64,000 nucleotides of DNA from contig DAHG01000033.1 in NCBI GenBank assembly GCA_002495885.1, forward strand, positions 86,997-150,996, written 5' to 3'. Numbering within the stretch: position 1 is the first letter of the stretch; every line of letters begins with the position of its first letter. This DNA comes from Methanocellaceae archaeon UBA148. GTDB lineage: Archaea; Halobacteriota; UBA148. Under the pieces are notes generated by a model that did not search any database, was not told the DNA's origin, and saw nothing but the letters and a program-made list of their open reading frames with translations. Shown in pieces: positions 38,901 through 48,834 of the stretch. The position numbers and the translations under genes were made by a program.

Positions 38901-39932
38901 TCATCTCTTCCTAACTTCATTCAACCCTGTCAAACAGCGTTCCACTTCCCCTAAATTCTTAAAGAATCCCGCAAAGCCAGACCACTCTAGTGGTGCTCCC
39001 TTGCAAAATTTCCACTCCTCCTTGTGTTTAGGCAACAATGCGATTGCCTGCTCTTCATTGATGCCGAAGTACTCTGCTAATCTGGTGATATAGACCTGAA
39101 ATCTAAGTCCGTCATCGGGATTACTTTCTTTTGGAATTAAACTAAATACGGTGTTTTGACTTTCTCCCATATTCCCCACAAATGCAATTGAACTTCTTGT
39201 TGTGCCTGTCCGATTAAAATGACCGCTAAGTCCTTCAACAAGTCGCAGATACATTTCACCAATACCGTTACGTTCTGCAATCTCTTGTAACTCTTCATAA
39301 GTCAGAGGGGGCTTTCTTTTTGATGTGGTCCTAGTTTGTGTCCTGTACTCGACTTCGCTCGGCTCAATCAAAAATACTCTTGCTAAAAATTCTCTTCCTT
39401 CTTCATTCCGAAAGTACTGAAAAGTAATTGCGTTTATCCCAACGCCGTAAGAGTCAGAAAGATATTTGATTATCCTCTCGGAACTGCTGTCTATTTCGGA
39501 AGCTATGACCAGCATCTTGTGATGTTCGTTCAAAATCTCTGGGATTTCCGTGCCAAACATTCTCTTGAAAGCTTCTTCAAGAGGGGCTTTATCGCCAAGA
39601 TATCTATTGGCAATTTCAGTTATTTTCTCGTTCGACAAATCTTTTATCCAAGAGGCGTAATCTAATACTTGTACAGTTATTTCTCTTGGAGTCTTCTCAC
39701 GTTTCAATTCAACAATGAGGATATCGCCATTGTATTCAATGCACAAAAGGTCAATTATTCCCCCAAATCCTGTTTCTACTTGCCTGCCAATCACTAATAA
39801 GTCGTTGGAGATTATTGGAATCTCTTTTTCCAGCCAATTCTCTAATCGCTCTTCTATATCAAGCTTTGATTTGCTGATCTCCTTTAATGTGTCCCTGTCA
39901 ATGATTTCCCATACTTTTACATCTTGCGGCAT
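38901..39932 (-). CDS. NucS/DUF91-like PD-(D/E)xK endonuclease domain protein; cassette-like
   Basis: E..LE.W....P...L.IGRQV.T..GG.IDLL.....G...IVELKR....RE...Q.LDYASW. Confidence 0.8.
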   Translation of the reverse strand: MPQDVKVWEIIDRDTLKEISKSKLDIEERLENWLEKEIPIISNDLLVIGRQVETGFGGIIDLLCIEYNGDILIVELKREKTPREITVQVLDYASWIKDLSNEKITEIANRYLGDKAPLEEAFKRMFGTEIPEILNEHHKMLVIASEIDSSSERIIKYLSDSYGVGINAITFQYFRNEEGREFLARVFLIEPSEVEYRTQTRTTSKRKPPLTYEELQEIAERNGIGEMYLRLVEGLSGHFNRTGTTRSSIAFVGNMGESQNTVFSLIPKESNPDDGLRFQVYITRLAEYFGINEEQAIALLPKHKEEWKFCKGAPLEWSGFAGFFKNLGEVERCLTGLNEVRKR

Positions 39933-39965
39933 TGTATCCTCCAATTCTTATGATGAACCAATTTC

Positions 39966-40022
39966 GTTTAACTCCCTATATCCGAACCCAAGTTCGCATA
40001 TCAGTCCATATTGGTGTTATAT
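39966..40022 (-). mobile_element. 57-bp attC/attI-like site upstream of the nuclease cassette
   Basis: Minus strand ATATAAC...ATATGCGAAC-TTGG-GTTCGGATAT...GTTAAAC (perfect GTTRRRY). Confidence 0.5.
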
Positions 40023-40277
40023 CCGCACTATTTCTTAGTTTTCACCTCCCCACACCTAAATTATTATCTAAATGACTTTTTATCTTGCTCAGTTCTTTGC
40101 TGCTTACATGAGTATGCATAGATTTCAGTGACCTTAGTATTTTTACGTCTCAAGAATTCTTGAATTTATCTAAGATTCACTATAAGAGATGAGTAGTAAA
40201 ACTGTGCCTCAGAGAATTAACTGTAACGTTTAAGGTTCGATAAATAGATACTTACCTCGTAAGGTGAATTTGACATT

Positions 40278-40940
40278 ATGACAAAAGTCGTCGCATCCTG
40301 GAGCGGTGGTAAAGATAGTTGCTTTGCATGCTATAAGACGATTTTAGATGGCTTCGATGTCGTTCATCTCCTGAATTTTTTACACGAAGATGGCAACAGG
40401 AGTTCCCATGGATTACGTGCTGAGCTATTATCAATACAATCACAGGCAATAGGTATACCAATCGTTCAGGGGATGACTAAAAGAAATACTTACGAGCAGG
40501 AGTTCAAAAAGATCGTAAGTAGCCTAAAGCAAGATGACATCCAGGGAATAGTTTTTGGAGACATCTATCTTCAGGAACATAGGGATTGGATAAAGCGGGT
40601 TTGTAGCGAGATAGATATCAGACCCATATTTCCTTTGTGGGGAATGGACACAGAAAAAATAGTCCTTGATTTTATCGATAGCGGATTTGAGGCCGTTATT
40701 GTCGCCGTTAAGGCAGAAATATTGGGTGAGGAATGGCTGGGGCAGAAGGTCGATAAAAATCTCATAGAAGAACTTAAAGAAAGAAAGATTGACCCATGCG
40801 GCGAGTCAGGCGAATATCACACATTCGTCGTCGACGGCCCACTGTTTAAAAGGCGCTTAAAGATACTTGAGGGAGACAAGGTGTTAAAGGATAGATACTG
40901 GCTGTTGGATATTTCAAAGTATGAGATTATTGACAAATAA
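40278..40940 (+). CDS. Diphthine-ammonia ligase family (Dph6) PP-loop ATPase
   Basis: SWSGGKDS, FGDI, PLW, DPCGESGEYHTFV.DGPLF. Confidence 0.88.
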   Translation: MTKVVASWSGGKDSCFACYKTILDGFDVVHLLNFLHEDGNRSSHGLRAELLSIQSQAIGIPIVQGMTKRNTYEQEFKKIVSSLKQDDIQGIVFGDIYLQEHRDWIKRVCSEIDIRPIFPLWGMDTEKIVLDFIDSGFEAVIVAVKAEILGEEWLGQKVDKNLIEELKERKIDPCGESGEYHTFVVDGPLFKRRLKILEGDKVLKDRYWLLDISKYEIIDK

Positions 40941-40960
40941 TTCATATCATACTCATTCAT

Positions 40961-41878
40961 TCATACCAAATTCTTCAGTCCTGCATCCCTGACGATCTCG
41001 AGCGCCCTCATTCTTTCGTCATATCTGAGGCAACGGTTCAGCTCTGGATATTGATTCGCTTTGTAATGGGGGTTATATTGGAACATGAGATTGAACCTTA
41101 TGTTAGGCATATGATCCGCAACCCATTGAACTATTGGCTTGGTGCAGCACTCAAGATGATTGGGCAGCACAAGATGGCGAAGAATTACTTCGGCGTCCTG
41201 CCAGGCACTCATGAAATTTCGGGTGGTGATACTCCAATAGTCTTTCAAGTTTGAATATTTCTCAGCGCACCCATCGTTCCCATATCTGAAGTCAGCCAAG
41301 TAGACATCTATCACACCCCTTAGCAAATCCATCGTATCGCCAGAGCAATACATGTTCGAGTTCCAGACCATGGGTGTGTTGACATTGCACGCATTCATGA
41401 TACGTAGTATGGAATGCAAATGAGGAGTTGGCTCCCCTCCCACGAAGTTCACGTTTTTTGCACCCTGATAGTTCCTCATCGTGATGATCTCTGCCATTCT
41501 TTTTGGAAGTAAGGGCGTTCCGGTGACAAACCGGTTTGCTATGTCCCAGTTTTGGCAGTATACGCACGCAAATGTGCAACCCACAAAAAAGATCGTATGC
41601 GATGGCACTAGCTCGGGCTCCTCGCCATAGTGTAAAAATTCAGATGCATAACACGAGATGGCATTGATACCGCAGTATCCGACTTCCTTTGCCTGTCGGT
41701 CCACTCCACAGCGACGCTCACAAAAATGACAGCTCCGCAGGATATCATCAGCGATTTCTATTTTTCTATCGAGCAGTGATTTTTCCTTCGCAGATTTTTC
41801 CTTCGCAATTAGATACCTGGCCTTTTGATCGTTGCTTAAGACGGCGAAGTATCGATCCAATCCTTGTACGAAAGACAT
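40961..41878 (-). CDS. Radical SAM protein, PflX-like
   Basis: CHFCERRCGVDR, HYGEEPELVPS, GCTFACVYCQNW, RHLVLP.H.ECC. Confidence 0.88.
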   Translation of the reverse strand: MSFVQGLDRYFAVLSNDQKARYLIAKEKSAKEKSLLDRKIEIADDILRSCHFCERRCGVDRQAKEVGYCGINAISCYASEFLHYGEEPELVPSHTIFFVGCTFACVYCQNWDIANRFVTGTPLLPKRMAEIITMRNYQGAKNVNFVGGEPTPHLHSILRIMNACNVNTPMVWNSNMYCSGDTMDLLRGVIDVYLADFRYGNDGCAEKYSNLKDYWSITTRNFMSAWQDAEVILRHLVLPNHLECCTKPIVQWVADHMPNIRFNLMFQYNPHYKANQYPELNRCLRYDERMRALEIVRDAGLKNLV

Positions 41879-41885
41879 GACATTA

Positions 41886-43769
41886 TCATTGAAGTACTGC
41901 CTTATCTAATGGGATGCCAACCTTGGTCTCAGAGGCAATTTTTTTGAGCCTTTTGAGCAAACCCGCTCGTCTCTTTCCGATCAGGCTGTGCTCCAAAACT
42001 TCTTCTATGGTGGAGACTGGGATGATCTTGATATCCTTCGCATATTTTTCCTCGATCAGCACATCCTTCTCATTGGACTTGGGTATCAAAACCGTCTTGA
42101 TGCCTGCTTTTGCCGCCGCCTCTATCTTGTAGGTCACCCCCCCAACTGGGAGCACCTCCCCCCGGACTGAGAGAGAGCCTGTCATAGCCACACTTTGATC
42201 TATGGGAATCCCCTCTAGTGCAGATATGATCGCAGTTGCAACACTTATGCTTGCGGAATCCCCTTCAACCCCCTCATATGTGCCTATGAACTGGATGTGT
42301 ATGTCTTTAGAGGATAGGTCATGTCCGCTAAATTTCTTGATAAACGCTGAGACGTTCTGCACCGCCTCTAGTGCTATCTCTTGAAGCAGACCGGTTGCTA
42401 TCACTCTTCCTTCTTCTTTGGATTGCGCAGGAGTTATCTCCGCGACGATTGGAAGCACAACGCCCGGCTCGCCCATGATTGCAAGCCCGTTAACTCTGCC
42501 GATTTCCGCACCTTTATTCCTGAACATATCATAATCCTTTCTATGCTCAAGATACTGATCGGCAACTTGCTGTTCGACTGAGCGTGCTATCTTTTTAGCC
42601 CCGAAAACATGTTCAGCTGTAGTAAGTTCAGCATCTCCAGATATAGCCATATCGCCGGAAACCCTGATCAAGCCACCGAGATCTCTTAACTTGAGGGTTA
42701 ACTGACCTCTCCGACCAGCTCTCCTCTGGGCTTCTCTAATGATTTCCCTGACTGCACCCCTCGTAAAATGAGGGATTTTTTTGTCCCTCTCCACTTCCTG
42801 AGCGACAAATCTGACCAACTTTTGTCTGTTGGCAGGAGAGTCCTCCATATAATCCTGCATGTAAACTTCATAGCCGTATCCTTTTATTCTTGAGCGTAGA
42901 GCGGGATGCATGCCCTCGACTGCATCAAGGTTACCTGCAATCACCATGACAAAATTACAGGGTACGGGGTCCGTCTTCACCATCGCTCCAGAGCTTCGCT
43001 CAGACTGGCCTGTAATGGGATACTCGCCTTCCTGCAAAGCAGTGAGTAGGTTCTGTTGAGATTCTATGTGTAGTGTGTTAATCTCGTCGATGAAAAGAAC
43101 GCCTTTATGCGCCTTGTGGATTGCGCCCACCTCAACCCTCTCATGCGACGGAGTCTCTAGCCCCCCGCTCTGGAAAGGATCATGTCGTACATCTCCCAAA
43201 AGTGCGCCAGCATGCGCACCGGTGGCATCAATATACGGGGCGGTATCCTTCCCTTCATTGGATACCAACAACTTGGGGATGTCCCTCTCTTCTCTGGGCG
43301 TAATATATCTGAGCGCGATGAAAAGAAGTAGGGCGACTATGATACCCATCAACCACTCTCCTTGCATGAAGGCAAAAATCAAGATGGTCATGACGAGCAG
43401 CATATATAGCAGATTCCTCGTCTGGGCTTTCTTCTGGGCTTCCATTTTATGAGACTGTACTATCTGTTTCCCTTTCCCAGCTGGAATTGCCCTCACCTTT
43501 GGATTGTTGGTGTCCTCTGGATTGTTATATACCAGGATGTCCTGCAGCTCCTCTTTGGGTAGAAGTTCAGCCATGCCCTTCGCTAGCATCGATTTGCCTG
43601 TTCCGGGAGTGCCGATCAGCATTACATGTCTTCTCTGCTTAGCTGCCTTCTTGATTACTTCGACAGCCCTCTCTTGACCGATCACCTGATCGATTAGGAG
43701 TTCTGGCACTTTTATATCCTTAGTAGCCTCAAACTCTAGTCCACCAAAAATATCGTTTTCATCGCCCAT
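41886..43769 (-). CDS. lonB: Membrane-bound Lon protease LonB (no intein)
   Basis: GTPGTGKS, TM insertion, DVRHDPFQSGGL, EGDSAS Ser, VGGV..K. Confidence 0.96.
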   Translation of the reverse strand: MGDENDIFGGLEFEATKDIKVPELLIDQVIGQERAVEVIKKAAKQRRHVMLIGTPGTGKSMLAKGMAELLPKEELQDILVYNNPEDTNNPKVRAIPAGKGKQIVQSHKMEAQKKAQTRNLLYMLLVMTILIFAFMQGEWLMGIIVALLLFIALRYITPREERDIPKLLVSNEGKDTAPYIDATGAHAGALLGDVRHDPFQSGGLETPSHERVEVGAIHKAHKGVLFIDEINTLHIESQQNLLTALQEGEYPITGQSERSSGAMVKTDPVPCNFVMVIAGNLDAVEGMHPALRSRIKGYGYEVYMQDYMEDSPANRQKLVRFVAQEVERDKKIPHFTRGAVREIIREAQRRAGRRGQLTLKLRDLGGLIRVSGDMAISGDAELTTAEHVFGAKKIARSVEQQVADQYLEHRKDYDMFRNKGAEIGRVNGLAIMGEPGVVLPIVAEITPAQSKEEGRVIATGLLQEIALEAVQNVSAFIKKFSGHDLSSKDIHIQFIGTYEGVEGDSASISVATAIISALEGIPIDQSVAMTGSLSVRGEVLPVGGVTYKIEAAAKAGIKTVLIPKSNEKDVLIEEKYAKDIKIIPVSTIEEVLEHSLIGKRRAGLLKRLKKIASETKVGIPLDKAVLQ

Positions 43770-43796
43770 ATTACCCTATAAAATGACATTCATGAC

Positions 43797-45110
43797 CTAT
43801 AAATCTATCACATCTTCAAGGGCTAGCGTCAGCACATCAACGATCGCCGACATGGGGGGCGCATAGCAAGTTTCAGCCATCAGCATTTGCTGGGCAGTCA
43901 TGCCGCTTTTGATCACAAGTGATAACGCATCTATCCTTTCCTTTGCCCCTTCTTCTGAGATGACCTGTGCGCCGATCAACCTTTTTTCAAAAAATAAAAG
44001 CTTTATGTTTATTTTCTTTGCCTCTGGATAATAGCTTGACCTTGTCAGTCCCTTTGCCTTTCCCTCGACAGGAGTAAGTTCCGCATTCTTTGCTACATTA
44101 GATGTCACTCCTACGGATCCGACCTGAAGATCGCCCACCAAGCAGATGGTTGGATGGAGGACTGGACCAAACACCATACTTCCGCCGCAGACGTTCTCTG
44201 CCACCACTTTGGCTTGCATCACCGCAGAACTACCCCGTGGACTAAGGCATGGGCGATTGGTTATGCAATTCATAACCTCAACACAATCACCTGCAGCATA
44301 TACATTCTCTGCCACCCTCATGGCTGAGTCGACCTTAATTCCTTCTGTTTCGCCAACCCCTATGCCTGCCTGTCTTGAAAGACAAGTGCTTGGCATAGTT
44401 CCTGTACACAGTATTACCAAATCGGCTGTAACTACCTCTTTCCCGATGGTTACAAATTCTACGTTATCAGAGCCATTGATCGAGCCCAATGAAAAACCGG
44501 TCATCACTTTTACACCCAAATCCTCCAAATGGTTCTGTACGGGGGAGGCCATATCTGGATCCAGCATGCAAGGAAGCACATATGGGGCCTTCTCTACCAC
44601 GGTTGTATCGATTCCAACTTTGATAAATGCGGTGGCAATCTCAAGACCGGTTGGACCAGCCCCAACTATTACGGCCTTTTTTGCGTTATTCATGGCATCT
44701 TTAACTTTTTGGCCATCATCAAGACTTCTGAGAATGTAAACGCCCTTTTTGTCGGTTCCGGGAATTTGTGGAATTAAAGAAAGAGAGCCAGTTGCTATTA
44801 CCAGTTTATCATAACAGAATTGCTTTCCATTTGCAATGATCGATTTGGAGGGCAAATCAATTGCGGTGACTTCTGTATTGGTTTGAACGTCAATGCACTG
44901 GTCTTTATAATTCTGAACATCGTGCATTATCAACTCTTCAAAGGACGAAACCTGGCCAGAAAGAACGAAAGGTATACCGCAGGGCGAATATGCTGTATGT
45001 TTGTCCTTGGTAAAAATGGTGATATCCATATCTGGGGCTTTTTTCCTGACATGCAAGGCTACGGAGGTCCCGGCGGTTCCACCACCAATGACTATGAGCT
45101 TTTCTGGCAT
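43797..45110 (-). CDS. NADH oxidase / CoA-disulfide reductase family flavoprotein
   Basis: IGGGTAG, YSPCGIP redox Cys, VGAGPTG, AAGDC, YAPP. Confidence 0.88.
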   Translation of the reverse strand: MPEKLIVIGGGTAGTSVALHVRKKAPDMDITIFTKDKHTAYSPCGIPFVLSGQVSSFEELIMHDVQNYKDQCIDVQTNTEVTAIDLPSKSIIANGKQFCYDKLVIATGSLSLIPQIPGTDKKGVYILRSLDDGQKVKDAMNNAKKAVIVGAGPTGLEIATAFIKVGIDTTVVEKAPYVLPCMLDPDMASPVQNHLEDLGVKVMTGFSLGSINGSDNVEFVTIGKEVVTADLVILCTGTMPSTCLSRQAGIGVGETEGIKVDSAMRVAENVYAAGDCVEVMNCITNRPCLSPRGSSAVMQAKVVAENVCGGSMVFGPVLHPTICLVGDLQVGSVGVTSNVAKNAELTPVEGKAKGLTRSSYYPEAKKINIKLLFFEKRLIGAQVISEEGAKERIDALSLVIKSGMTAQQMLMAETCYAPPMSAIVDVLTLALEDVIDL

Positions 45111-45198
45111 GATGTTACCCTATCTATCAATTGCAATATTTATAAATAAGACTGCTGATGAAATCTTTTTAATAAGGGTAAAACAATTACATCATGAC

Positions 45199-46038
45199 AT
45201 GATGAAGATTATTGGTGGACCTGCATCTCAATTACTCGCAGCTAGGGTTGCATCTGAGTTGGAATGTGAGCTTGCTTTGGCAGAATATAAGCGATTTCCT
45301 GATGGTGAATCATACGTACGCGTGTTGGATGAAATCGATGATGTGGTCATCATCCAAAGTATGGTTTCTGATGAAGACCTGATCTACTTATTGCAATTGA
45401 TCGATGCATGCAGTGAAGCATCCGTTAGGGTGGTCATTCCTTATTTTGGATATGCTCGCCAAGGTAGACGATTCCAACCTGGTGAGGCTATCAGTGCAAA
45501 GGTCATGGCAAAAACGATTGAGGCAGAGGAAATTTTAACGGTAAACATTCATGACCCCCCTGTCTTAGATTACTTCAGCGTAAAAGTACGGGATTTAGAT
45601 GCAGCGCCGTTGATCGGCGAATATATGCAATCGCTGGATCTCCAAAAACCGATCTTCATAGCACCAGATGAATTTGCGGGATCATTGGCAAGATCGGTTG
45701 CATCCAAGCTAGGTGCGGATTATGATGTGCTGGAGAAAAAAAGGCTGAGCGGAGATCACGTGGAGATAAAGGCGAAACATCTGGATGTAGCGAACAGAGA
45801 CGTAATAATTATCGACGACATGGTCTCCACTGGAGGTACTATGTCTGAGGCAATAGAACTACTCCGAAGGCAAAAATCCAAGGATGTTTATGTCGCTTGC
45901 GTACATCCCGTCTTGGCCATGAATGCCGTTTGTAGGTTGTTCAAAGCAGGCGTAAAGGAAATCATTGCGACGGATACCATTGAGAGCGGGATCAGCATCA
46001 TCAGCGTTGCACCTCTGATCGCTGGAGCTTTGAAGTGA
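45199..46038 (+). CDS. prs: Ribose-phosphate pyrophosphokinase
   Basis: FPDGE, PYFGYARQ, APD, IIDDMVSTGGT; start inferred at MMKIIGG. Confidence 0.94.
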   Translation: MMKIIGGPASQLLAARVASELECELALAEYKRFPDGESYVRVLDEIDDVVIIQSMVSDEDLIYLLQLIDACSEASVRVVIPYFGYARQGRRFQPGEAISAKVMAKTIEAEEILTVNIHDPPVLDYFSVKVRDLDAAPLIGEYMQSLDLQKPIFIAPDEFAGSLARSVASKLGADYDVLEKKRLSGDHVEIKAKHLDVANRDVIIIDDMVSTGGTMSEAIELLRRQKSKDVYVACVHPVLAMNAVCRLFKAGVKEIIATDTIESGISIISVAPLIAGALK

Positions 46039-46480
46039 TGCGCAGCAGATCGATAGATTTTTTTGTCAAATTTAATAAATAAATAGAGGCCGAAATCGTA
46101 AAAAGTTTCGGCATAGTAGAAATGGTCATAATTTTGCTAGAGGCATCTGCAGGGGTTTAATTAGAATTCGATAGTGCTCACTTCACTAGCCTGTTCCCAA
46201 AGGGGTTTTTCAGCTGCTAAGAAATGGCGAACTTGCTGAAAATGGCGAATTTTTGAGCACCATCGAGATAGTTCTTGCATCACTCGTGATGGATGGATAA
46301 CATGTGTTTTTATTCCTCTGAAACTTTGGCGAACTTGGACCCATTCTAACTAACTGCCCTGTAATTCAAAAAAGTTGTTATAATTAATCTCTTTGTATTG
46401 ACCATAACCCTATTGTCAAATTATTGGTTAGAATAAATGGAAATATAAATAAATGCAAAATAAATTTTAGGATCGATCTG

Positions 46481-47485
46481 ATGTTAGAAATAGACGGCTC
46501 ATATGGGGAGGGTGGGGGTCAAATCCTTAGGACAACCCTCGCACTGTCAGCAGTTACTGGGAGACCAGTTTACATTAAGAACATCAGGGCAAAAAGGCCA
46601 AAACCTGGATTGGCTGCTCAACATTTGGAGGCATTAAGGTGCATCGCATTGCTCACAGATGCTGATGTTAGTGGATTAAAATTAGGATCCACCGAGTTGA
46701 CATTCTATCCGAAGGAGATTAAAAGCGGGGAATATGATATCGATATTGGCACTGCAGGCAGCATAACTCTTCTCTTGCAATGCCTGATGCCAGCGGCAGT
46801 TAGAATTAAAGATTCAATTTCGCTTAACCTAAGGGGTGGCACGGACGTCGCATGGAGTCCACCCATTGACTATCTCAGATATGTAATGCTACCCACGATA
46901 GCCAAGATGGGATATTGCGCTCATATCGATTTGATCAGGAGAGGGTATTACCCAAGGGGCGGGGGATTAGTGAAGGCAGTTATATATCCCTCCGCTCTTA
47001 GTGGGGTTGTGCTACAGGGGGGGGACATCGAAATTAAGGGCGTTTCCCACTGCTCGAGACTGCCAGAGCATGTTGCAATGAGACAGGCAATATCGGCAAA
47101 AGAAGTGTTAGTAGAAGGGGGATATGATGCACAAATATCCACGGAATTTAGCCAAAATAATTCCACTGGCAGTGGTATTACACTATGGTGCCCTGGAATG
47201 GGGGGGAGCTCACTTGGTGAAAGGGGTAAACCCGCTGAAGAGGTTGGAAGAGAGGCTGCAAGAGCTCTTCTGGATGAATTAAGATCTGGTGCAAGCACTG
47301 ATGTACATCTAGCGGATCAGTTGATACCCTATATGGCCTTGGCCAATGGAGAATGCTCTCTCACCACGAGACTCCTAACATCACATGCAAGAACAAATAT
47401 CTGGGTGGTTGAAAGATTCTTGGATTTTAAATTTAAGATAGGGGGTAAAACGGGGAAAAATGATTTTGTTTGTATTAGGAAATGA
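46481..47485 (+). CDS. rtcA: RNA 3'-terminal phosphate cyclase
   Basis: IDGSYGEGGGQILR, RGYYPRGGG, HLADQL. Confidence 0.95.
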   Translation: MLEIDGSYGEGGGQILRTTLALSAVTGRPVYIKNIRAKRPKPGLAAQHLEALRCIALLTDADVSGLKLGSTELTFYPKEIKSGEYDIDIGTAGSITLLLQCLMPAAVRIKDSISLNLRGGTDVAWSPPIDYLRYVMLPTIAKMGYCAHIDLIRRGYYPRGGGLVKAVIYPSALSGVVLQGGDIEIKGVSHCSRLPEHVAMRQAISAKEVLVEGGYDAQISTEFSQNNSTGSGITLWCPGMGGSSLGERGKPAEEVGREAARALLDELRSGASTDVHLADQLIPYMALANGECSLTTRLLTSHARTNIWVVERFLDFKFKIGGKTGKNDFVCIRK

Positions 47486-48113
47486 TCTCCAGAAATTCTG
47501 GTGGAATGCTATCTGATATGCAAATTTGATCGTTGACTTTCATCATCTTGATCCCTTGGGATTGGGCGTTTTGCGCATCGATTATTATTACCACGGGCTG
47601 ATCAGTCCTAAATTTTGCGACCCTGATAGCCTCATCGAAAGAGGTGCTCAGGTGAACATATCTTTGACCGACGGACTTCAGTCCAATATCCATGATCCTG
47701 CCTGCCTCCTCCATGGTCGTCCCATAATACAATTCCAACAACTCGTTTTCTGGAAAGTCTAGATCCACATTGACAGAATGGGCATACTTAGCTCGAATCC
47801 TTTCTCCACTTAGCTCGTATCTACCTTTAACATCAGACTCTATCAATGCAAATAAATGCTCCATGTGAAACCATCGGTACTTGGCCTCTATTGCACTGAT
47901 TAGTTGGTTTACATCCACCCATCCCTGCTTGTCCATATTCAGACCTAGCTCGTGGGGAAAGTGCCTTAAGGCGCCAGATACCATCTTTCCAAGACTGGTT
48001 ACCTTGGTTTCGTCTAGGACAAAACTTCCAGGGTTTCCGCACTCGCATGTTTCCCCCCTAAAATAACCATGCTTGATACACATTCTTATCTGTCCACTTT
48101 CCATATTACTCAC
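47475..48113 (-). CDS. kptA: RNA 2'-phosphotransferase (Tpt1/KptA) with N-terminal Zn knuckle
   Basis: C..HG.FRG..C.C, LRH.P, KGRYE, IRA.Y.HS, R.YVHLS. Confidence 0.92.
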   Translation of the reverse strand: MSNMESGQIRMCIKHGYFRGETCECGNPGSFVLDETKVTSLGKMVSGALRHFPHELGLNMDKQGWVDVNQLISAIEAKYRWFHMEHLFALIESDVKGRYELSGERIRAKYAHSVNVDLDFPENELLELYYGTTMEEAGRIMDIGLKSVGQRYVHLSTSFDEAIRVAKFRTDQPVVIIIDAQNAQSQGIKMMKVNDQICISDSIPPEFLEIIS

Positions 48114-48834
48114 CTCGCTTTGTGAATACCTCTCCCGTTGCTAGTATCTCTTCTACTTATACCGCCAGTATTTTAAAATCTTTTCGGAGTAGATGTAACT
48201 AAACAATACCCCCATAATATTAATCACAAAGCTCTCATAGCAGAAATAATTGACGTAACAATGCATTTATGGGAGCGCTCAGAGTAAAATTTACTTTAGT
48301 GAGGACATACCGAGACAGCTCGAAGGAGAGCAGAGATTTAACACAACACCTAAAAATAGCAATTGTGAACACATTGACATCCATCTAAATAAAACATAAA
48401 CGATAGAGGACTATTCTATAGGGAAAATAGCATCTGTGATTCGGTTCTCCTGCTAGGAGACGGTACGGAAACCATCTATATATAAATATAAAGAAAACGG
48501 ATGTGGATTAAGTTCTGTATAACTAAAGTCATTTTCTGTCGAAGTCCATTTTACTGGAAAGCTGACTTCAGAACGAAAAATAGTTCTATATCATTTGAAG
48601 AAATTTGAAGAAACAGAGAAATATTATGCATTTCACTTGTTTATATTATAGGTAAATGAACTAATAAGATTCTAAAATATTTCAGAAAATGTGAGAGCTT
48701 TGAGCATCTTGTTTACCAAGTGACCATTGACTCTAGAAAGCATTCACGGCCGAAGGATAGGATCATATTGCTTAGAAAATACTTAAGAGATTTTATCGAT
48801 TAGGGTTAAACGTATTAATCATGGAAACAATAAT

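Noticed and set aside
45001-45198. Long N-terminal extension of prs overlapping the NADH oxidase gene
   Set aside because: Homology starts at MMKIIGG; the extension is an ORF-caller artefact. The same applies to the extended starts of rtcA, Hef and engB.
48544-48562. TTCCAGTAAAA on the minus strand as a second-origin ORB
   Set aside because: A single weak match with no G-string and no adjacent cdc6.
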